Position numbers and translations under genes: made by a program
Part shown: in pieces, positions 56,091-64,000 of the stretch
How the letters are laid out: the number at the start of each line of letters is the position of its first letter
Position numbering within the stretch: the first letter of the stretch is position 1
Notes under the pieces: generated by a model
Seen by the model: the letters and a program-made list of their open reading frames with translations, nothing else
Databases searched by the model: none
Told to the model about the DNA's origin: nothing
DNA from: the human T2T-CHM13v2.0 reference genome, Homo sapiens
NCBI RefSeq assembly: GCF_009914755.1
Contig: NC_060925.1
Reading direction: 5' to 3' (one strand)
DNA: 64,000 nt

Positions 56091-57949
56091 ACACATACAC
56101 ATACATACATCGGGGAAAATGAATATATATTTCAATTAATTTAACAAGGTAAAAAGTAAGTGCTTGACAAGAAACTATGAAGAATATTAAGTTACTTTAT
56201 GATGTTTGAATATGAGTTTATATTCTTATAATCAACTATTAGCATATCACCATGGTCTTGAGGATAGTTGTATTTATTTTAAACATTACATGAGACTCAG
56301 CCTTAGAATCATAAAATACCCCTTATATTATAAAATAATTTTAAGTAGATTGATTTGACAAGCTCTGATTATATTCTTTGTGCTAAAGCTGATCATAATC
56401 AGCTTTCTGAGACATTTCATACTAATTTGAAATGTAAAAAGACACTCACATTTTTTCCTAATTTTTATATGTTTCCAAATTGAATGGAGTTGTATAATGT
56501 AATATTTATTATTCTACATTTTGAAAAACAGAAAACTGTATTTAATTTGTAATTTATTTTTTATTTCCCATTGTAGCAATGTGCTAGCTAATTAAAAATA
56601 ATAAAGAGTAACATTTTTTCACTCAACAATCAGCTTTCCGGCTATCTAATTGTCTCTCCACAATTTCACCCTTTTATAAGAAGTAGTTTTTAAAAATTTA
56701 CCACTCAGAATAATTCCCAGTTGACAATAGCTTTTACTGCGTAAGAGACAGAAAATACTGGGTATACAGTGTTAACTCTTAAAAGCAGGAATGGTGATGG
56801 CTGGAGACATGAGGATGACAATTTGACAAACAGATCAGAGATGAAAAATGTTGAAAGTAGTTACACAGTCAGTTCACTGAAAACTACAGTGACGAATGTT
56901 CCTAAGGAAGGCTAAAATATTGAATATGCCATTAAATCAGTCTTGATGGCTGTATTTAGAAAGAACACTACCTATAAAATTTGTGATGTATGTATAGCAT
57001 AATAATTATTTTTAAAAGGGCTTAGTGTTTGTAGAGATAAATGGTAGTTATCTGTGGTATTATATGGAATTTTTCCTAATATTAAAAGGATACTATTGTA
57101 AATAGAGACATTCAACCCCCAAAATGTAGCTTAAGTCACAATAGTAAAATAGAAATGTGCTTTAGAAGACTCAAAATTTAAATACTTGAAATAAACTGAA
57201 ATACTAAAATGATTAAAGAAAAAAAACTTCTCAAAGAGCAATACTAGAGATGAATATAATCAGAATGTGCGTATATCCAAAGACTTTTATTATGAATTAT
57301 GTGATATGACAACTAAAATCACACGATTTCTCTCTTATCTGCCCACACGTAGCAATATCACTTTATGTTGTTCTGTCTATGTATAGAGTTTTTACCTTTC
57401 TCTTCACTTCTTTTGTGGGTGAATTTCTGTATGTATCAGCTTTTGGAATTACCTCTTTATCTTTTTTCCTCTTGCTAACAGAGAAGGGATCTGTGGACTT
57501 TCCCTTTAAAACAAGAAATAACTCCTTTTCATAGCTATGCCCAAGTTTATATCTTTTACTAATATTTTCCCTCCTTGAATCATGAGTGACAGCAGTAAAG
57601 GGTCTTAGCCTTTCTGTTACCTCTGCAATGTCCGCTTACAATTTGAAGGCTGTGTGAAGAATAGCAATTATGACCTTCTTGATCTTGGCCATATATCCTC
57701 CCCTTGGTTTGCTAGATATTACCTAAGTGTGCTGAAGTTATATTTTTCTAAAGAAAAGTATTTCTTTGTTATCAAGTCAAAAAAAGATCTTTAAAAAATA
57801 TGAGATGATAACCACACAAAACTGGGTAAGAATGTGGATATCTTAGATTACAAAATATTTTTTAAAACTCAAACCATAACATAAGTATATATACCATTAA
57901 ATTGTACAAGGTTGGTGGGAAAGACTTATTTAGAATTTTGAAAATACTC

Positions 57950-58150
57950 ATATTAAATAACATTAATGTAATTATATGTAATCATAATATAAAATATAAC
58001 AATATACAATGTATATAATATATACTTATCTATATTATATATACTTGTTTAATATTACTTATAATTATAATTATTTAATATTATTTATATATAATATCTA
58101 TCACATATATATTACTTATATATTATTATATATAATATAACATATTAAAT
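57950..58150. repeat. AT-rich low-complexity tract
   Basis: Seen directly. Confidence 0.8.
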
Positions 58151-58582
58151 ATTTTGGCTTATCTAGCAAGAAAATAAATTGGTTTTTAACTGTAAACTTA
58201 TGAGGGGGTGTGTATGTGTTATAACTAGGATTATCCACAAACTTGAATGGGTATCCTAATGAGGTAGATAATTCCATCACATAAAGCTTTTTGTAATCAT
58301 ATATATGGGATATTGTAAAATGCACTTCCATTTAGGGTTGAAAGTTTGGTAAGGACCTAATATCTTGCTCTGTTTCTCAAATTATATTTTCTTGTGAAAT
58401 ATTTGGAAAGATGTCATAAGTAAGCGAGTGTAAATCTGAATGAGGCTGAGACTCAAGTAATAACTTACTAGAAATGAAGCACAACTTTCTGGGACTCAAT
58501 AAGCATGTGTCAAAGAAAGGGAGTTAGACTACTCAATAATTATTAAATTAATACAATACTAAAAACTAACACAAATTACATT

Positions 58583-58812
58583 CAAATAGCTATATTTTAT
58601 ATAGCACCTTGTATGTACCAGTCATTGTTCTAAACATGTAAGTTATATGTTGCGTATAACCTAAACCTCCCAACATCCACAAAATAAGTATTCCTGATAT
58701 TATAATAATTTTAAAATGAGGGGAATTAATTGCAGAGAGGCTAATATGCAGAAAAGCTTGGATTCAAACCCCTGCTGTTGGGCTCCTTATTCCCCAGTTT
58801 TAACCACTACAA
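58583..58812 (-). mobile_element. MIR
   Basis: atagcaccttgtatgtaccagtcattgttctaaac...ggattcaaaccc...ttaaccactac. Confidence 0.7.
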
Positions 58813-59632
58813 CCACTACTAACTCACTCCTTTGCTTTCTTCTCCTCTACTTCCTGGAGTGAAATCCCTTTGTACCAGTTGAAGCCTTTCCTAAAAAATG
58901 AATACACTTATTACTGCTACGCATGCTCCACTTCCAAACTTTTCATTTTAGACTTTAAAACTTCCATATTTTATGTTCCATCTGGACATTTCCAATGTTA
59001 GTGCATATAGACATTTATTTCTATATATAAAATACTTTAAATGTGTTATTCTACCATCAAATTAAAAAAGTTAATATTTTGTAATCAAAATTGCTTTAAT
59101 AAATTAAAAAAATTCTAAAATTACATATTTAAAATCATCTAAAGAAAAGTTTTAAAAGACTTTCAATAATCACCAGTCTTAGAAATACATTAGTAAGTTT
59201 TTCAACATACTTGTGTCTTTGAGAAAGTGGGTTGTTATAGAAATTTCAATAGTATTATATACTTTAAAATTATTATAGGAAAATGTAAAGTCCTTGCAAT
59301 GCAGTAATATATTAAAGACTATTATTAAGTAAATCTGCACACAGTATTTATTATAACTCTCGCTAGCAAACATAGTTTAAAAATGAGTTGTTCTTTGGAA
59401 ATAAATACTCTGAAATACATCCACCAGGACACCAATATTGCCTACTTTATTTTAATCATGAATATCACATAAAAATGTCTACAAAGTATTTAAAATAATG
59501 TATTGGATCAAAATATATATGCATACCAATTACTAGCAATAAGATTGTCACCTCTGTGAATGGTCTGCATTAAACAGTCATTTGTATATTCTGTTTGTTT
59601 TTTTCTTTGATTTTCACTTCATTGATGACTGG

Positions 59633-60052
59633 TGTGTTAATAAATTTTGCATTGCTGTAAAGGAATACTGAGGCTGGCTAATTTATAAAGAAAACAGGTT
59701 TATTTGGCTCACAGTTCTGCAGACTGTACAACAAGCATAGTACCAGCATCTGCTTCTGGTGAGGCCTCAAAAAGCTTTTACTGATGGTGCAAGGTGAAGG
59801 GGTGACAGGTGTGTCACATGGCAAGAGAAGGAGCAAGAGAGAAGAGGGGGTGTACAGCTCCTTTAAACTATCATCTCTCTCACCATCTAACACAGTGAAA
59901 ACTTGCTTATTACCAAGGGGATGGCCCCAAGCCATTTAGGGGAAATCTGTTCCCATGACCCAAACACCTCCCACTAGGCCCCACCTTCGATATTGGGGAT
60001 CAAATCTCCACACCCATGAGATATGGAGGGGACAAATATCCAAACCATATCA
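59633..60052 (-). mobile_element. MST (MSTA/MSTB-like) MaLR solo LTR
   Basis: gcattgctgtaaaggaatactgaggctgg...ggctcacagttctgcag...gggacaaatatccaaaccatatca. TG...CA ends. Confidence 0.92.
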
Positions 60053-60662
60053 CTTGGTAAAATTAAAAACATTTTTATATGTTTTTTGACAATATATGTT
60101 CCCTTTCTTTCAAATTCCTATTTATGTGTTTTGCTTCCGTATCTCTTGTGAATTTTTGTCTATTTCCAAATTGTAATTTATCATCTTATTTTTTCCATTG
60201 GATTATAATTTTGTAATACACCTTTGATAAACAAAAGGTTTTACTCTTAATGTGGCAAACATATAAATAACGTGTCCACTGTTTCGTAAAGAGAAAGAGA
60301 AGATTGCCATTATCAAGTCTTGGAAAATGTTGTAAATTGATATTTGATATAGCCATTTGGGAAATCCTTTTGAGAAAATATTTAAAAATTTGATCTTCTA
60401 ATACCCTAAAGCCCTTAACATCCAAGATGATGTTCAAAATCAACTCTTACACATTTATACTGGGAAACATCTACAAGAATGTGTACAAAAATCCTGTTCA
60501 AAATCACAATGTTGTATATCCCCTCAAAAAATATATTACAGCTCTAAAAATTAATTAGCTGGAGCTACACACAAAACATGGATGAATCTTAGCAACATAT
60601 TATTGAGCGAAAATCATTAGCACAATACGATTTTTAAAGGTTTTAAAGTAAAGATGACCAAG

Positions 60663-60847
60663 GACAGTCCCTAACTGATGATGCTGAATTTAGGATTTTT
60701 TTTACTTTATAATGTTTCAAACCCATCACAATTTCAACATAATGTATGGTATTCAAATAATTACAAAAGATATTCAACACCTTATTTTAAAATAATCTTG
60801 GTGTTAGATGATAGGCTAATGTAAATGTTCTGAGAACATATAAGGTA
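60663..60847 (-). mobile_element. MER47A-like TcMar-Tigger fragment
   Basis: gatattcaacaccttattttaaaata...gtgttagatgataggctaatgtaaatgttctgag matches the reverse of MER47A. Confidence 0.8.
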
Positions 60848-63800
60848 AAATGGGAAAGAGCAAGAATTTACAATTGCAAGTTTTCTAAAGCAAATGCTCT
60901 GAGGAAGGAATGTCAGTGGCCTATAGTCAAGATCAAACTTATCTGAAGCTTTCTAAAGCTAAAGCAATATGATATAACTATTATATTAAGATATACATAA
61001 GTGCAATAAAAGATGAGAGTTCCATGAACTAATGACAACAATGAATCATAAACCATGGATTATAATTATTATGTAATATATTATATATTACTATTTTATG
61101 CACTTGAGATGCACAAAAATACATACAAGAGGATTTTAATATATTTATATAAGTCACTTTACTTATCTATTCAAATTAGATAAAAAAAATTGCATTTGTC
61201 AAATAACTTATGGGCATTTTTTAAAGTAAAGGAAAAGTTGTGTATAATTGCTAGACTATTAAAAATTTTGAAGGAAATCTGTTATACACCCAACAATGAT
61301 AGAGGAAAATGCCACTTTATATGTAATTTCATTATAGTTGAAAGAAACCTTTATACATAGACATTGTAGAAACAAATTTGTCGTAAGTATCTGAGTAAGT
61401 CACAATTTATAAAATATAACTCCTCATTGATTTTAGCAATATTTATCTCCCCGAGAGTGTTCTTAAATACAGCTATATATATTGTTTTCCTAATAGTCTT
61501 TACTTGTGATATCCCTCTTATACACAAATACTCGGCTACCTCCTGAATCTAGGAATGTGCATTTTGTTTAGCACTGATATTTCATCTTTTAATCAGAGAC
61601 CTACTTGCTCTTCTTTCTGCCCTAATTGCCATCCATTTAGAGGCTAAATATTGTTTGGGTGGAGTGGAGCTGGAGCCCTCCAACAGACATGACAAAGTAG
61701 CTTGCAATTTGCTCCAATTTTCAGTCCTTATCAAAATAATCTCCTATAGTAAGGGTAAATGTAAATCACTTTTTGTAAGTTCAGACAAACATGGAATGTC
61801 AATCAAGAAATATTTAGCCCTGCCATTGTTTGTTGAAAGATAATAAACTACATTGAGACAAATCAGACCTTATTAAACAGACCATATGATTTAAGCAGTT
61901 GCAAGTCTGTGGTTTTTCAAATAGATCATTTTCTTTCTGCCTTTTCTGGGCTGTCATCCACTTCATTTATATAAATTCTTGTGGGAGGATGGGTATCACA
62001 ACAAAATTGATCATCAAGTTTCAATGAAAATAGTCTGTGGCTATAACCTTTTTCAACAATGCTTGAGAAACATGTCTAATAAAAGATCATTGAAACACTG
62101 CTTTTCATGCTGAGGCAGTGTTTCCAAAAAGGGAGAAATTACTCATCACTGCCAGTGTCAACTCATTATGAGTTTTCTTGTCCAATATGACCTAAGAACT
62201 TCTATAAACACATAGAAGAGCGTTGCATGCAGACTACCTTTTCTTAAAGGAAAATAAACACTCTCTTCATAGGTATTTAGCACTCAATGTATTTAATAAT
62301 CCTATATTGTTGGAAAAGTAGTTTATGTTTCACACTATTACGTTATACCAATCACTATGTCTTTATAATACTACAAAGTTTGAAAGTTGAGAAAAAATCC
62401 AAAGAGAAAAACATCCAAGATTGAAAATTTGTCCATAAAAGTACCAGAGAAGTATATGTATTATGTGAAAAGTAATTATAAAATTTCTTTTTACTGATAG
62501 GCAAGTAAGACTTAAGTAAAACAGTTTCCTCTTATCATACAATATTGCCTTAAGTCTACTGCAATCAAATTATTTCCTTGAAATTAATATTTAAGCAAAA
62601 TCATTTCAGATTTTAAAATGTTCTTTAAATTCTTTAATTTTTCTAAAGTAATCAAAAAAGGAGAAGAAAGCTTGTTTTGGCTTATGGGCTCTCAACACCT
62701 TTTAATCACAAAGCAGCTCTGTAGAAATACCGCAATCCATTATTCAGAGAAGAGAGGAAAGCATGTTACATTTTTAAAGGTTGAATCTAATCTAAATATT
62801 TGTTGAGAATACAGAGGAAGCAGAAGGATAAATCTTTGTCATCAATTTTCATGTATCTTGGAAAGATATACACCTGGCAGATTTTTTTTCTTAGATAAAA
62901 GTATTTAGTTTGCAAAGTAAACTCCAGAGGAAAGCAGACACGTTTAGAAGGGGGAATGTGATAAGCATCCAATTGGACCTAACAGAGACAGAAGGAGAAA
63001 TCAACACAGGGAAGGACAAAATGCATCTTAAAGCAATTATCCGCAAAATGGCAGCAGATGTTCAAGCTTTTGGATGATTGGGATTCTGAGAAGTCCAGAT
63101 AGAAACATATGGTGTAGTTCATCACAAAACGATTTAAAGCTATTATTGTTCATGTTATATCTTTATGTTATTCTCAATGACAGTTAATAGGTACATAGAT
63201 TTTTCTCTGGCATATCATGAATGTGTGATGTGTCTGAGGTCCACATTCATTTAACTGTGTCAGAGATAGGTTGTTCCTTAATAGTTCTATGCAAAAAATA
63301 AATTTAATCGACATGCACATAAAATAAGCCTATAATTTATATTAATATTTCATATGTATATACTACATATATCTATATGGCAGAGCATAAAGATTTATGC
63401 CATTACTTTTGGTCGTTCATGTAAAATTCAGTTAGTAAGAAGAGAAACCACTAAGTTTTAAAAAGCCATGTGGCATTTTTTTCTAAAAAAATATACATGC
63501 ACTGCATTCAGGAAAAAATAAGAAGTGTCCATTAGCACCTCCCACTTATTTGTGTGGGCCCAACAAAATTTTAACACTTACAAAAGGAAGTGTTAATGGT
63601 GACATTTAAAAACACTGCTTTCAAGAGGTGGGGAGACTTTATTTTAAAAAAAATTAGAACAAATACCTTTTTCTAGTTTGTGGAAAAGAAAAAATATATG
63701 TATAAGACAACATTATCATTTATTAGAATAAAGAAATTATTGAAGTTATACTGAAAATTTACAAGGTGAATTTAAGTTAACTTGATATATATAATACAAT

Positions 63801-64000
63801 CTGTTATGAATAAAGATTTCTACATAGTTTTTAATACTTAAGGCCCCACTAACTTTCTAATCAATTAGAAGTGTTTAAGGCAACATTGTGCAATTTAGAT
63901 AAAGGTTATTAAAACCATTTTTTTACACCTACAGTATAAGTCATTTTTGTTCGTTTTGCTACTTGGGCTTCAGTTAAAAAATTAGGGTAAATTTTCGGAG

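Noticed and set aside
62501-62562. Imperfect inverted repeat agacttaag/cttaagtct as a MITE
   Set aside because: The core is short and includes the self-palindromic cttaag. No TSD or known TIR; compatible with chance.

Overview
AT-rich, repeat-dense primate genomic DNA (human or great ape, judged from AluY and L1PA2/3-type elements). It is intergenic or deep intronic. I recognise no cellular protein-coding gene, tRNA, rRNA or small-RNA gene. The only long ORFs are broken ORF2 pieces of a 3.7 kb 5'-inverted L1PA element (36204-39842). The rest is layered transposon debris: about 11 Alus, L1PA/L1MA/L1ME pieces, L2, MIR, MaLR and ERV1 solo LTRs, a deleted two-LTR HERV16/ERVL provirus with readable RNase H/integrase remnants, the DNA transposons MER5A, MER58, MER47A and MADE1, and simple repeats including a 37-bp AT-rich minisatellite. 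I found no evidence of a new multi-gene system. The most notable items are small. (1) A TSD-flanked retrocopy of a polyadenylated Pol II transcript end: Alu stub, (TAACA)n, AATAAA-bearing MLT1-like tag, poly(A), at 54688-54969. (2) Three perfect C/EBP-ATF (ATF4) elements within 44 bp of nested inverted repeats, at 21128-21193. (3) A short L1 with an apparent 20-bp 3' transduction. (4) Twin-priming inversions of two different ages. Subfamily calls come from remembered consensus sequences, not a RepeatMasker run. Boundaries of old elements are approximate.
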